51,118 nucleotides of DNA from Candidatus Woesearchaeota archaeon (GCA_046546105.1 JBKGYN010000005.1:1-51118), one strand, 5' to 3'; positions 1 to 12,015 are shown, counted from the first letter of the stretch. Numbers and translations are program-made. The notes: a model not told the origin generated them from the letters alone.

Positions 1-80
1 GGCATCATTCACTTCGATCATGACATCATTTTCTGCATAGTTTGGGTACGAAGTAGCCGAACTAAAAAAAGCGAATGCAA

Positions 81-1451
81 CTAGAATTTCATCTTCTTGG
101 AACCCATCTTCTGCATGAGCTTTTGCATATCCTTTTCCGATCCTGATGATCCTTTCATCATCTTCATCATCTTCTTGGATTGCTTGTACTGTTTCGTGAG
201 AAGCCGCAAGTCCTTGATATCCTTGCCAGCACCTTGTGCGATCCGATCGAGCCGCGATCCCTTGATCAGATCCGGATTCTCCAGCTCTTCTCTGGTCATG
301 GAGTCCATGAGGATCTTCCAATCCTCCATCTTCTCCTCCTGTCCTTGGAGCGCTTCTTTCGGGATGTTCATATTATTGAAACCAGGGATCATGTCCATGA
401 GTTTTGTCATCGAGCCCATCTTTTTCATCGATTTCATCTGCTGGTAGAGGTCGATCAGGTTGAACTCTCCCTTGAGGAATTTCCGGCCCATATCCTTGGC
501 CTCATCCTCATCGACTGCCACTTGTGCTTTTTCAAGCAGTGATTCGAGGTCTCCCATGCCAAGGAGTCGTCCGACAAAGCCTTCGGGCTTGAACTCTTCA
601 AAGGCATCGAGTTTCTCCCCGACGCCGATGAATCGGATCGGTGTTCCGGTCACCGCGCAGGCTGCCAGTGCGCCTCCTCCTCGCGCCGTACCATCGAGTT
701 TCGTGAGGATGACCCCCGTCACTTGGCAGCTCTCGTGAAACGCCCGCGCTTGCTTCTCTGCGCTCTGTCCGATGTCCGCGTTGATGACCAGGAAGGTCTG
801 ATCCGCATCCACCGCCTCGTTGATGCCGTTGAGCTCTTCGATGAGCTCGTCATTCAGAGCATCGCGTCCCGCCGTATCGACGATGACCAGGTCGTAAGGA
901 TCGAGCTGTTCCTCGAAATGAGTATAGATTTTTTCCGGATTGCCGAGTTCCGGATCGCCATAGACATCAACCTTGATGGACTCGCCCAACTGCTTGAGCT
1001 GGTCATACGCTGCCGGTCTCCACGTGTCGATGGAAAGCAGCGCCACCTTCTTGCCGCGCTTCTTGTAATAGTTGGCGAGCTTTCCGGCCGTGGTTGTCTT
1101 ACCGTTTCCGAAGAGTCCCACGAGCATGAGCGTGTAAGGCTTCTCACGCTCCTTCCGTGGCGGTATCTCGAGTTTCTCCATGCCCCTGCCGACGAGGTTT
1201 GCCAACTCTTCATAGACGATGTTGATGAGAAATTCTTTTTTGGAAAGCGTTCCTGGCACGTCCTCATTGAGTGCCCGTTCCTTGATCTTCTTGCCCAGTG
1301 AGAAGACGAGCTTGACATTCACATCCGATTGGATGAGCGTGCGCTGGATGTCTCGCACCAGCTCGTTGATGAGCTTCTCATCTACAAAGAGTGATTTCGA
1401 GACTTTCTGCAGGCTGTTTCTGAGTCCTTCACCAAGGCGATCGAGAACCAT
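81..1451 (-). CDS. srp54: Signal recognition particle protein SRP54
   Basis: NG domain with GLFGNGKTT, DTWRPAA, DTAGR and TKLDGTARGG motifs; Met-rich M domain. Confidence 0.97.
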   Translation of the reverse strand: MVLDRLGEGLRNSLQKVSKSLFVDEKLINELVRDIQRTLIQSDVNVKLVFSLGKKIKERALNEDVPGTLSKKEFLINIVYEELANLVGRGMEKLEIPPRKEREKPYTLMLVGLFGNGKTTTAGKLANYYKKRGKKVALLSIDTWRPAAYDQLKQLGESIKVDVYGDPELGNPEKIYTHFEEQLDPYDLVIVDTAGRDALNDELIEELNGINEAVDADQTFLVINADIGQSAEKQARAFHESCQVTGVILTKLDGTARGGGALAACAVTGTPIRFIGVGEKLDAFEEFKPEGFVGRLLGMGDLESLLEKAQVAVDEDEAKDMGRKFLKGEFNLIDLYQQMKSMKKMGSMTKLMDMIPGFNNMNIPKEALQGQEEKMEDWKILMDSMTREELENPDLIKGSRLDRIAQGAGKDIKDLRLLTKQYKQSKKMMKMMKGSSGSEKDMQKLMQKMGSKKMKF

Positions 1452-1575
1452 GATAGGGGGTGTAAACCGATGAATGTTTATAAAGCTAATCCCTTAGAAA
1501 TGATGCCTGACTGCAACTTTCGGACAAAAAAACAACACATAAATAACCACTTATTGAAAGTGACAAATGGAAATC

Positions 1576-1583
1576 TTTATATA
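1576..1583 (+). promoter_or_regulatory. Archaeal TATA box, probably driving a leaderless transcript of the 1609 ORF
   Basis: TTTATATA ending 26 nt before ATG 1609, preceded by purine-rich BRE-like GGAAA. Confidence 0.6.
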
Positions 1584-1608
1584 GTTTTCATACCTTGTGT
1601 GTTATGAT

Positions 1609-2238
1609 ATGAAGGATTCCTTTGCTCTCTCCTACAAGGGGCGTACCTGGCGTCGTCCTATTTACGAGCCTGACGAGACTGTCCGTTACGAGCTCATCGA
1701 GGTTGACGGCGTGCCAGATGATATGGATATGATGATAAGGGACATTTTCAGCGATACGATCTTCCGGCTCACCGAATATGCGACAAGGCGTGATTATAGT
1801 AGGGCTGCTGATGATTGTTCTCTTGCCTTGTATCAGAACCTGCCTTTCAACCTCTTCAGATCGGCCCAGGAATTCGATGAAAACTTTCGTGAGGAGAACG
1901 AGACCTTGTTCTATGACTCTTATCTCTTTTCCAACCCCAACAAGAACCCACACAAGCTTACCGATCTCTGTGTTGAAGACGCGCTCAACTGTGTCGGTCA
2001 CAGTCTTTTGATAAAAGAAGTCCTTGCTTCAGAGAAGTGGGGGATTTTCGCATTGTATTCTGAGAATCAGATCGGCAGCCATCACACTGTTGCCCGCGCA
2101 TATGATGAATTCATCATCCGCATCGATCCTGTTGCCGGTTCTCGCAAGACCATCCAGGGGATGGATCCCGAGCAGGTCTATCTCTTTGATAAGAACGCTT
2201 TTTGCAAGCGTTACACACCCACTCCCTATATGGAGTGA
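1609..2238 (+). CDS. Hypothetical protein, possible transglutaminase/papain-like fold
   Basis: ORF with TATA-positioned ATG; Cys-His-Asp order in LNCVGHS...HHTV...RIDP. Confidence 0.6.
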   Translation: MKDSFALSYKGRTWRRPIYEPDETVRYELIEVDGVPDDMDMMIRDIFSDTIFRLTEYATRRDYSRAADDCSLALYQNLPFNLFRSAQEFDENFREENETLFYDSYLFSNPNKNPHKLTDLCVEDALNCVGHSLLIKEVLASEKWGIFALYSENQIGSHHTVARAYDEFIIRIDPVAGSRKTIQGMDPEQVYLFDKNAFCKRYTPTPYME

Positions 2239-2252
2239 GAACAAGAGAGGAG

Positions 2253-2783
2253 TCACTTGCGTGACTTGCGCGATCTCGTGTTCTTGGACCGTGATTTCTT
2301 CGGGCTCTTGCCCCCGTTGTAGGTGAACAGGTCTTCTTTCGTGATCTCATGGAAGAAATCGACTTCTTCAAGCAAGTATTTCGAAGTGGTCTTTTTTACT
2401 GCTGCAATCTCGACTCTGACCCCCTCGTTTTTCAGGTACCTGACCAGATCGACATAATCGCTGTCTCCTGACATGATAATGAGCGTGTCGACTTTACTTG
2501 CCAGCTGGGTCGCCTTGATTGTCAGGGGAATGTCCGCTGACTTGTGACAGGGCATGACTGACCCGTAGAATTGCGTATAGAGACGCTCAGCAAGCTTATC
2601 GGAAATCCGATAGCCTTCCCTGAAATAGATCATCCTATTGAGTCCGCGTCCGTTGAGGAGTTTCGGGATGAGCGTGTCGAAATTCACCATCGTATTTGAA
2701 GGTGCCGTTTCTTGTATTGATCGTTCGATGTTGTTCCCATCGCAGAGGATGGCCACTGATTGATTGATAAGTATATCTGCCAT
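2253..2783 (-). CDS. NYN domain (LabA/DUF88) PIN-like nuclease
   Basis: CDGNN, KSADI, SGDSDYVDLV, GVRVEIAA and S..L.EEVD motifs. Confidence 0.9.
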   Translation of the reverse strand: MADILINQSVAILCDGNNIERSIQETAPSNTMVNFDTLIPKLLNGRGLNRMIYFREGYRISDKLAERLYTQFYGSVMPCHKSADIPLTIKATQLASKVDTLIIMSGDSDYVDLVRYLKNEGVRVEIAAVKKTTSKYLLEEVDFFHEITKEDLFTYNGGKSPKKSRSKNTRSRKSRK

Positions 2784-2894
2784 GAATATTACCTTTTATC
2801 GATACTTGATTCTTGTTTCTATCGTATTTAAACTTTGCCTTGAAGGCTAGAACAACGGCGAATGAAAAAACAGAGAGAAAAAGGCCGATGCCTC

Positions 2895-4892
<1,998 letters not shown>

Positions 4893-5218
4893 TCAAAGAG
4901 TATCGGGAAAAAAATGCGTGCTCTTGAAATTACACCTTCCTCTGTAACATGGTTTTGCGAGTCACTGTTCGTGCGTAATAGAATGCCGAGCGCCGTTTCA
5001 GGCAGTCATCCCCACCCGGCTTTCACCACGGAAAATAGCAATATCACGGCTTATTTAAACATTGCGATTATGAATTCATTTAAAAAGCCCCTTTTTAAGA
5101 GAAGCATCGCTTCATTTATAAGCGAAATTCTTATTCCCGGCTGTTTCATGCTCTGCAAACCTTTAAAAAGCAACGTGCCATCTCCTTCTTTATTGGAAAC
5201 CTTCGATGAAGTGAGATT

Positions 5219-6370
5219 ATGCCCACGCAAGAAGAACTCGAGAACATGTCTCCAGAGGAAATCGCTGAATTGCAGCGTCAGAACTGTCCTTTCTGCAAAA
5301 TAATCGCTGGCGAAATCCCTTCCCAGAAGGTCTATGAGGATGAACACATCCTCGCGATCCTTGACATCAATCCGTCACGCAAGGGTCATGTCCTGGTCCT
5401 TCCTAAAGAGCATCAGCCCATCCTGCCTCTCATCCCGCCGGAGACGTTCAAGCAGATGTTTCGCATGACAAAGCTGATCAGCGAGGGAATGAAAAAAGCG
5501 ACTCTGACAGACCGCGTTTCGATGTTCATCGCAAACGGTGCGGTGGCTGGTCAACAATCCCCTCATTTCCTATTCCATCTGATGCCTCGCGAGAAAGGCG
5601 ACGGTCTTGATCATCTCGATCTTGAGGGCGATGAATCCTTGCTCTCACAGCAGAAAGAGATCCACAGTTCCCTCAAGCATAACATGACGCGCATGATGCA
5701 AGGTCACCTGCAGCGGGAAGGTCAGAGCCCTGGCGAGAGCAGTGGCTCGCAGCAACAGCAACCCTCTCAGGAGCAGCTTGATGACAAGCGTCAGAAGATC
5801 GGTAAGATAATCGAGGATAATCCCCAGGTTCGCGAGATGCTCATGAACGATCTTGATCAGTTCAAGGAGCTCATCGAGAAGAATGATGAGCTCAAGAATC
5901 TCTTCTACGGCGTCGATCTCAAGGCATTGTCTGATAATCTCAAGCAGATGGTCGGCCAGGGCGCATTCAGCCAAGGCTCAGGAACCGACGAGCAGCAAGG
6001 CATGGCAAGCGATGAACAGGAAACAAAAAACAGTACCGCCAACCAGCAGCCCACAGACCGCAGACCCCAGACCCCAGTACAGCAGGCCCCAGAACCCAGC
6101 ACCCAGGTCCCAGAGCAGCAGTCCCCCGCTCCCAGTACAGCAGAACATCGTCGTCCTGAAGTCTTTCTCGGCGACAACCCGTACGGACAACGTGATCGCG
6201 TCATGAAATATTTTGAGGAGAAGCCTAAGGCCAAGGAGCTTCTCAAGCACGACCCTGGAACCTTCAAGGAACTCCTCTCCAAGCGTGATGACATCAAGCC
6301 GCTCTTCGAGAAAGTGGATGTTGAGAAGCTCTCTGAAAAGCTTCGACAGCTTGAAGGAGGTGATTCCTGA
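5219..6370 (+). CDS. HIT-family protein with degenerate triad and duplicated C-terminal helical domain
   Basis: CPFCKII, VYEDE, LDINP, GHVLVLPK; triad reads HFLFH; two ~55-aa helical repeats separated by a Q/P-rich linker. Confidence 0.85.
   Translation: MPTQEELENMSPEEIAELQRQNCPFCKIIAGEIPSQKVYEDEHILAILDINPSRKGHVLVLPKEHQPILPLIPPETFKQMFRMTKLISEGMKKATLTDRVSMFIANGAVAGQQSPHFLFHLMPREKGDGLDHLDLEGDESLLSQQKEIHSSLKHNMTRMMQGHLQREGQSPGESSGSQQQQPSQEQLDDKRQKIGKIIEDNPQVREMLMNDLDQFKELIEKNDELKNLFYGVDLKALSDNLKQMVGQGAFSQGSGTDEQQGMASDEQETKNSTANQQPTDRRPQTPVQQAPEPSTQVPEQQSPAPSTAEHRRPEVFLGDNPYGQRDRVMKYFEEKPKAKELLKHDPGTFKELLSKRDDIKPLFEKVDVEKLSEKLRQLEGGDS
6044..6143 (+). repeat. Degenerate heptamer tandem repeat, in frame inside the HIT gene
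   Basis: CCCACAG ACCGCAG ACCCCAG ACCCCAG ... GCCCCAG AACCCAG CACCCAG GTCCCAG. Confidence 0.75.
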
Positions 6371-6894
6371 TGCCTGAGAATCTCCCGCTCTACACTGATG
6401 ATTATACGACTATCGTCCTCTCCGGCAAGCCTGTTTCCAAAGGTCATATGATTGTCTCGCCCACTGACGGTGATAAGAAGGCCCTTAGTGAGCTCAGCGA
6501 TAAGGAGTGTGACATGCTCTTTTACGGCGCATCTTATGGTGCAACAGCGATTTTTGAGTTCTTGAAAGCCCAGGGGTCTAACATCATCCTCACTGAAGAT
6601 GACGGTCCGTTGAAGGTGAATGTCATCGCTCGTGACGAGAGTGACGGCCTTGACCTCATGTGGCAGGGTAAGCAGGCGGATCCTAACGAGCTCCAAGAGA
6701 TTGCCACGAAGATGAAAGATGCTATCGACTACGAAGTCTGGGCTTATCGCAATCCCGAGGAAGCCGCTAAAGCAGGCAAGCCTACAGAACCTGAGAAAGC
6801 CGGGACTCTTAATGCTGACGAGGAAGAATCTGAAGACAGTGATGGCGAGAAGAAAATCAATTATCTGCTTCGCAGCCTCCGCCGCATGCCATGA
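6370..6894 (+). CDS. Degenerate HIT-like protein
   Basis: LYTDDY...KPVSKGHMIVSP resembles a HIT N-terminus; no His triad; TGATG coupling with the upstream gene. Confidence 0.7.
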   Translation: MPENLPLYTDDYTTIVLSGKPVSKGHMIVSPTDGDKKALSELSDKECDMLFYGASYGATAIFEFLKAQGSNIILTEDDGPLKVNVIARDESDGLDLMWQGKQADPNELQEIATKMKDAIDYEVWAYRNPEEAAKAGKPTEPEKAGTLNADEEESEDSDGEKKINYLLRSLRRMP

Positions 6895-7004
6895 TCATCT
6901 CGTTTCTTTCGGAAATCTTCCGGTGAATTCTCCAAAGTACATATATTCACTCCGCCGCATTGTATTCTCTGCATCAAGTTGATGTGAAAAGAGGTGAGTG
7001 AACT

Positions 7005-8000
7005 ATGGTCAATGATAAGACACTCCTTTCTGACGAGGAGATTGACAACCCGTCCCAATACCAACAACAACCCGCGTCCGACAAGCAGGATTCCGGATCA
7101 AAGAGCGATATCTCAAGCGAGTATGCAACTCGCGCCAGAGAGCTTATCGACAATCTCAAGACCAGCCAATTCACAGGCGCCGGTTCGATCCCTGATGTCA
7201 ATCAGCGTTCTATCGACACCCTCATTGAAAAGATCGAGACCCTTGATAAGAAAGAGGCCAAAGGGTTTTTCGGACAACTGGTCAACTCCCTGGAAAAAGG
7301 CTTGGCAGCCTTGACCGGTCAGGACTATTTCGACACGCGCACGGGCAAGGAACTTTCCCGGACCAAGACCGAGCTCTCAAGCTACATCTCTCATGCGGAG
7401 CAGAAAGTCGGTGAGACCGAAGGGTTCATCGCAGAGTATGAGGATACGCACAGTTCTTACACGGTGGAGATCAACTCAGCCCTCAACCAGTACAAGCAGC
7501 ACGAGCACACCGTCAAGGATAAGGAAGAGCTTCTCAAGGCGATGGAGCATGAAGTCGCTAACGATCCTGCTGATGACACGCTCGAGGTCTCCATGGAGAT
7601 CGAGAACATGCGATGTGATCTTGAGATTGAACGTGACAACCTCTACAACCTTGAAGAGCATCTTGATTCCCTGCGTTACGAGCGTGATTCCTGCACGAGC
7701 GAGCTCCAGGATCTGCGCGTTGCCAAGCGTATGCTCGAGTATTCTTCACGTCTTGCAAGCCTCACTGTTAAGCGTATCGAGACATACCTCGCCCAGGAAA
7801 AGACAAGGTCTCCGTATGTCACGCTCGGGATCGGCAAGCAGCTCGACCATTCTGCTTACGAATCACAGAAGCTGCAGATTGATATCGATTCCAAGCGTAA
7901 ACAGTATTTCAACCAGATCACCGAGAAGATCCCGAAAGGTAGCGATCGTCGCAAGCACCTTCGCGACCTGCAGAAAAACTCTCCTAAAGTGAAGAGGTGA
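7005..8000 (+). CDS. Hypothetical long coiled-coil protein
   Basis: 331-aa ORF with SD GAGGTG; heptad-rich E/K/L composition. Confidence 0.8.
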   Translation: MVNDKTLLSDEEIDNPSQYQQQPASDKQDSGSKSDISSEYATRARELIDNLKTSQFTGAGSIPDVNQRSIDTLIEKIETLDKKEAKGFFGQLVNSLEKGLAALTGQDYFDTRTGKELSRTKTELSSYISHAEQKVGETEGFIAEYEDTHSSYTVEINSALNQYKQHEHTVKDKEELLKAMEHEVANDPADDTLEVSMEIENMRCDLEIERDNLYNLEEHLDSLRYERDSCTSELQDLRVAKRMLEYSSRLASLTVKRIETYLAQEKTRSPYVTLGIGKQLDHSAYESQKLQIDIDSKRKQYFNQITEKIPKGSDRRKHLRDLQKNSPKVKR

Positions 8001-8006
8001 ATCGAC

Positions 8007-8777
8007 GTGTCAAGCGACAGTCTTTCTCTTGATGATGTTGCGGGTCTTGAGTATCAGAAGAGTGTTCTCTATAACGCTCTCATCCTCCCTGAAAAATTCC
8101 CTGACACGTATGCATCCCTTGTCAGACGGCCTGAGATGGTTCGTGAACGTAACGTCTTTCTCTTTCACGGACCTCCGGGTTCTGGCAAGACCCTTCTTGC
8201 AAGAGCGGCAGCTCGTGAGAGCGGAGTTCCGTATAGGGAAGCTCAAGCCACACAATTCATCAACGAGCTTGCTGGTAAGGGAGCTGCCGCTATCCGACAT
8301 TTATACAATCAAGAGGGGCCGGGACTTCTTTTCATTGACGAAGTTGATGCTATCGCCCGTAGCCGATCCCAGCACAGGCACTATGTGACTGATGATCTTC
8401 TCATGCAGCTGCTCATGGCCGTTGACGGTCCGGGCAGTGATGATGAGAAAGTCACGGTATTGTGCACGAATCGCTATGACGTTCTTGACAACGCCCTTCT
8501 CTCGCGTGTTCCCGAGGACCACCAGTTGCACTTTCCGATGCCCGATCAGGCGCAACGTTACAAGATCATCGAGAAGCACTTGAGCTATCACAATCATCAT
8601 ATTGATGAGTACCAGCAGCTGGTTTCTTTCACGGAAGGTTTTGATGGTCGCCAGATTGAAGCATTGTTCAAGCGGGCGAGAACGAATGCTCTCCTTGATG
8701 ACAGGCCTTACTTGCACCTTGATGACTTCTTTGCGAAACACGCGTATAAATCCTTCGGAGAGGTTCATGATGACTGA
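8007..8777 (+). CDS. Stand-alone classic-clade AAA+ ATPase
   Basis: DDVAGL, Walker A GPPGSGKT, Walker B FIDEVD, sensor-1 CTNR, ALLSR, TEGFDGRQI. Confidence 0.9.
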   Translation: MSSDSLSLDDVAGLEYQKSVLYNALILPEKFPDTYASLVRRPEMVRERNVFLFHGPPGSGKTLLARAAARESGVPYREAQATQFINELAGKGAAAIRHLYNQEGPGLLFIDEVDAIARSRSQHRHYVTDDLLMQLLMAVDGPGSDDEKVTVLCTNRYDVLDNALLSRVPEDHQLHFPMPDQAQRYKIIEKHLSYHNHHIDEYQQLVSFTEGFDGRQIEALFKRARTNALLDDRPYLHLDDFFAKHAYKSFGEVHDD

Positions 8778-9762
8778 TGATAACTATTATGTCGGTGGAT
8801 ATGTCGATTCTGGCCGGTTGCTTCGTGACCGTCTCTTTCTTGAGAACCTCTCGAAACTCAACCTCTCCCCATCAGATGCACCAGAAACGATTGAGATGCT
8901 GATTCGTTATGAGGGTATCAAGAATCATCTTCTCGCTCTTGAAAACGATGGTTTTTCCAAAGAGCTTCATTCGCTCTCAAAGTGTGTTCGAAAGACTGAT
9001 GAGCACCTGTCAAGAACGATCGGACGGCGCGCCAGCGAGCTTGAACAACAAGTGAATGATCATAAGCGCCTCGATAAACGATCCTTTGTCAGCGTCATGG
9101 ACTCGCTCGATGCGCTTTCGAAGTACAGCAATTACCTATCTTTTCCCACCGAATCTCTTGATCATCATCTTGATAGTGTTCGTGAACAAGCACACCGCAA
9201 GCTTGACCGGAGGCAGGTTTCTTACAGGAAAAGCAGTGTTGATGACAAGACTATCAATGTGTATACCTTGAAAGACAGTGTCTTCCCAAAGCTCGATTTC
9301 AGGTTGGAAGCGAGGCAATTCACCTCCCGTCCAGCTATCGCAGCATACATGATTACAGGTGCAGCAGCACTGCTCTTTTTCGTTGCAACGACACGCCAAC
9401 ATGCTGACCCGGAAGAACCATCAAAGACCGAAACGACACTGCCTGTAACGCAACCCTCTCACCCTGCTGGAATCTCATATCATCTTGCTCTTTCTGGGTA
9501 TGATCCAAAACCAGGTTCCAAACCCTTCGGTAAGGATTACAGTGCAAACAGCCGTGAGAGGTCAGATACTAATTCGTCCCATCAACGCGCAACAGTCCCC
9601 ACCTCTTCAGGGCAGGACCTTCCTGAGTACACCTCAAGGGCGAAAGATCATCTTGACAGGTTCTTCGGGGACAGCAACGTCTCGCTTTCCCGTATCGTTG
9701 ATAGTATCGAAGCTAATGACGGTCTGGTAACCACTGCTTATGCAAGAGGTGCAAACCGATGA
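8767..9762 (+). CDS. Hypothetical single-pass membrane protein
   Basis: SD GGAGAGG before ATG 8767, overlapping the AAA stop; one hydrophobic segment AIAAYMITGAAALLFFVA. Confidence 0.7.
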   Translation: MMTDDNYYVGGYVDSGRLLRDRLFLENLSKLNLSPSDAPETIEMLIRYEGIKNHLLALENDGFSKELHSLSKCVRKTDEHLSRTIGRRASELEQQVNDHKRLDKRSFVSVMDSLDALSKYSNYLSFPTESLDHHLDSVREQAHRKLDRRQVSYRKSSVDDKTINVYTLKDSVFPKLDFRLEARQFTSRPAIAAYMITGAAALLFFVATTRQHADPEEPSKTETTLPVTQPSHPAGISYHLALSGYDPKPGSKPFGKDYSANSRERSDTNSSHQRATVPTSSGQDLPEYTSRAKDHLDRFFGDSNVSLSRIVDSIEANDGLVTTAYARGANR

Positions 9763-11006
9763 GATCTCGCTTCAGAAAAGCTTTCTTGACCACTGTCGCT
9801 ATCGCTAGTTGCGGTCTTTCTTCTCTTTTTGCCCAGAGCGGGTCTTACCATCTTCCCTCGTCAAGTACCGATGATAGCCTGGAAGCGCTCGTTCGCGAGA
9901 CTGCTGAATCCTACGATCTCAAAAGTGAAAAAAAGGATTCTCTTATCTCCTTCTGGCTGCCGCTCTATAAGCGTACGGCTGGGATAAGCCGTAGCTGCGA
10001 ATCAAGACCTGAAATCCTCATGTCTGACACCACAACGATCCATAGGCGCGGTTCTCACGGTTCTGTCTCTACAATGTATACTAGAGAGGATGTTCTCACA
10101 TTAAGTTCGCAGTCTAGAGTCGCTGTCACTGCCTTTGACCTTGGCTCGTTCAGCTCGTGGAGTGAAGCGCACGAGGTTCCGGAGTATGCGCAGACAATGC
10201 TTTTCGAATCCCTTCAGAATTATTTTAATGACGTGCATAGCCCTGATTCCTCATCACAGGACACATCTTCGGCGAATGAAACGAACGTTTCATCTGAGAA
10301 CAGACGTAGTGCGACATCCGTGCAACCAGCCGTGACTGTAGGATCATATGAGGAGTTAGAAAAAAGATTCGAATCAGCGCATGCCCCTAAAGACTTGCGA
10401 AAGCCCCGTCCTTGGACTCTTGATGTGTTGATGGGAGTGTCAAACGGCGAGGCTTCATCGGTTGAATTAGGTCTTGCCCGAGACCTCTTGTCCTTCTCTT
10501 CCGATCATGATGCTAGTGCGTTTCGTCTGAAAGCAAGTTATACGTACTGTTCTGAAACGATAAATGATTATCTTGCAAAGCGCACTATTCAAGAGTCAGA
10601 ACTGCCTCTTGGACAAAGCCCTGATCTGTATGAGAAAACCGTAGAGACTGCAGTAGTGGAAGGAACAAGGCGCGAGAACGATCTTGGCCGTCTCCTTGCA
10701 GGTGTGAGATTCGGTGCTTCAGACAGGTTGAACTTCTCGGTGTATGCTGGTGCGATGCTTGAGAGGGCAAGCTACCACGACTTGCGGGAATACACGATAA
10801 CAAGCACCTACCGCATCTCATCAGGTGGCAGTGCTGAAAAGACCGACTTTTCACACACACCTGAAACCCCTGCTTCAAAGCCAGATTCTTACAGTCTTGA
10901 AGAAAGTCTTCAGGTCACCTTGAGCTATCATGCCCTTGGCATCACCGCATCAATGCATGATCTTGAAAGCCCTGGATTCAGCATTGGTTGTAGCTTGAAC
11001 TTCTAG
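9759..11006 (+). CDS. Secreted hypothetical protein with amphipathic beta-strand C-terminal half
   Basis: Sec-type signal MRSRFRKAFLTTVAIASCGLSSLFA; ATGA overlap with the upstream gene; ends FSIGCSLNF. Confidence 0.7.
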   Translation: MRSRFRKAFLTTVAIASCGLSSLFAQSGSYHLPSSSTDDSLEALVRETAESYDLKSEKKDSLISFWLPLYKRTAGISRSCESRPEILMSDTTTIHRRGSHGSVSTMYTREDVLTLSSQSRVAVTAFDLGSFSSWSEAHEVPEYAQTMLFESLQNYFNDVHSPDSSSQDTSSANETNVSSENRRSATSVQPAVTVGSYEELEKRFESAHAPKDLRKPRPWTLDVLMGVSNGEASSVELGLARDLLSFSSDHDASAFRLKASYTYCSETINDYLAKRTIQESELPLGQSPDLYEKTVETAVVEGTRRENDLGRLLAGVRFGASDRLNFSVYAGAMLERASYHDLREYTITSTYRISSGGSAEKTDFSHTPETPASKPDSYSLEESLQVTLSYHALGITASMHDLESPGFSIGCSLNF

Positions 11007-11014
11007 AGAACGGA

Positions 11015-11899
11015 TTACAGGAGAGTGAGCAATTGTACGATCCAGTTGCCGAAGATCAGTATGAGCGCGTAACCGAGAAGGAATCCTGGTATGAAAGGAA
11101 TCCCATATTTTACTTTTACGGCCTTGACCTTATGCTTTTTGAGTTCCCCTAGCTGTTTCTCGGAGATGCCCAGATCCTTCGGACCGCAGACCCGCTTTCC
11201 CCTTATGTGGATGTCTTCGACGATCCAGTCACCGACAGTCACCTTGTTCAGCGGTACTGTTTGTATCATGCAGGTTTTCTCCACGACTCGCCCGAGGATG
11301 AGAAGATAATAGCCCACGACCAGGAATGTTGTTACCAATCCTATGAAGATGCTGATTATCTGCGCCTGGATAAGCAGTGCTACTACCAACCCTACCACAC
11401 CCACGCCCAGCACTATGTTGCGCGCCATTGCAGCCTGTCCTTGCGAGTGGAATTTCGAGACTTCTGCCATGACCGTCTTGAACCTTCGAAGCATAAGAAC
11501 CAATGCGTATATCAACCCGTACAACGCTCCTGCTAGCATGAATGAGACAAATGTGGTGAAAAAGAGCGGAAACTCTCCAGCCAGTAGTTGCGAGATTGAG
11601 ATCCCGTGGAAAGCCCCTACTGCCATGAGCATCTTCGCATCGCCGCCACCCCATTGCCCTGTGTAGAACATGAGCGCTCCGAGCAGGTATCCTCCGAGAA
11701 GACCGAGGATCGAATGTAGGACGGGCAGGAACGTTTCTTGCAGGATGCTTGCTGTTCCGGCGAGGATGACTCCGAGAGCCATGAGTGAATAGTTGAGGAT
11801 ATCAGGGACTTCTCGCGTCTTCAGATCCGTGTATGAGGCATAGAACAGTCCTGCTAGGATGATGGCATGTGACAACCAGGTAGGCACTCCCTCTATCAT
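11015..11899 (-). CDS. Type IV prepilin peptidase (A24, FlaK/PibD-like)
   Basis: Two catalytic Asp in DLKTREVPD and GGGDAK; multiple TM helices; C-terminal IPFIP. Confidence 0.9.
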   Translation of the reverse strand: MIEGVPTWLSHAIILAGLFYASYTDLKTREVPDILNYSLMALGVILAGTASILQETFLPVLHSILGLLGGYLLGALMFYTGQWGGGDAKMLMAVGAFHGISISQLLAGEFPLFFTTFVSFMLAGALYGLIYALVLMLRRFKTVMAEVSKFHSQGQAAMARNIVLGVGVVGLVVALLIQAQIISIFIGLVTTFLVVGYYLLILGRVVEKTCMIQTVPLNKVTVGDWIVEDIHIRGKRVCGPKDLGISEKQLGELKKHKVKAVKVKYGIPFIPGFLLGYALILIFGNWIVQLLTLL

Positions 11900-12015
11900 A
11901 ACAGTATTGGGTTGAAAGGAGTTTCTTTATAAATATATTCATGCATTTGAACGGTGAAACCACATCTTTTATAAATAAGCGATCGTTCCTGTTCAAGTGA
12001 CACAGTTACCTGTGA

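Noticed and set aside
7005-8777. ESCRT-III/Vps4 (CdvB/CdvC) pair
   Set aside because: The AAA has no MIT domain or aromatic pore loop, and the coiled coil has no recognisable Snf7/PspA signature; kept only as an unknown module.
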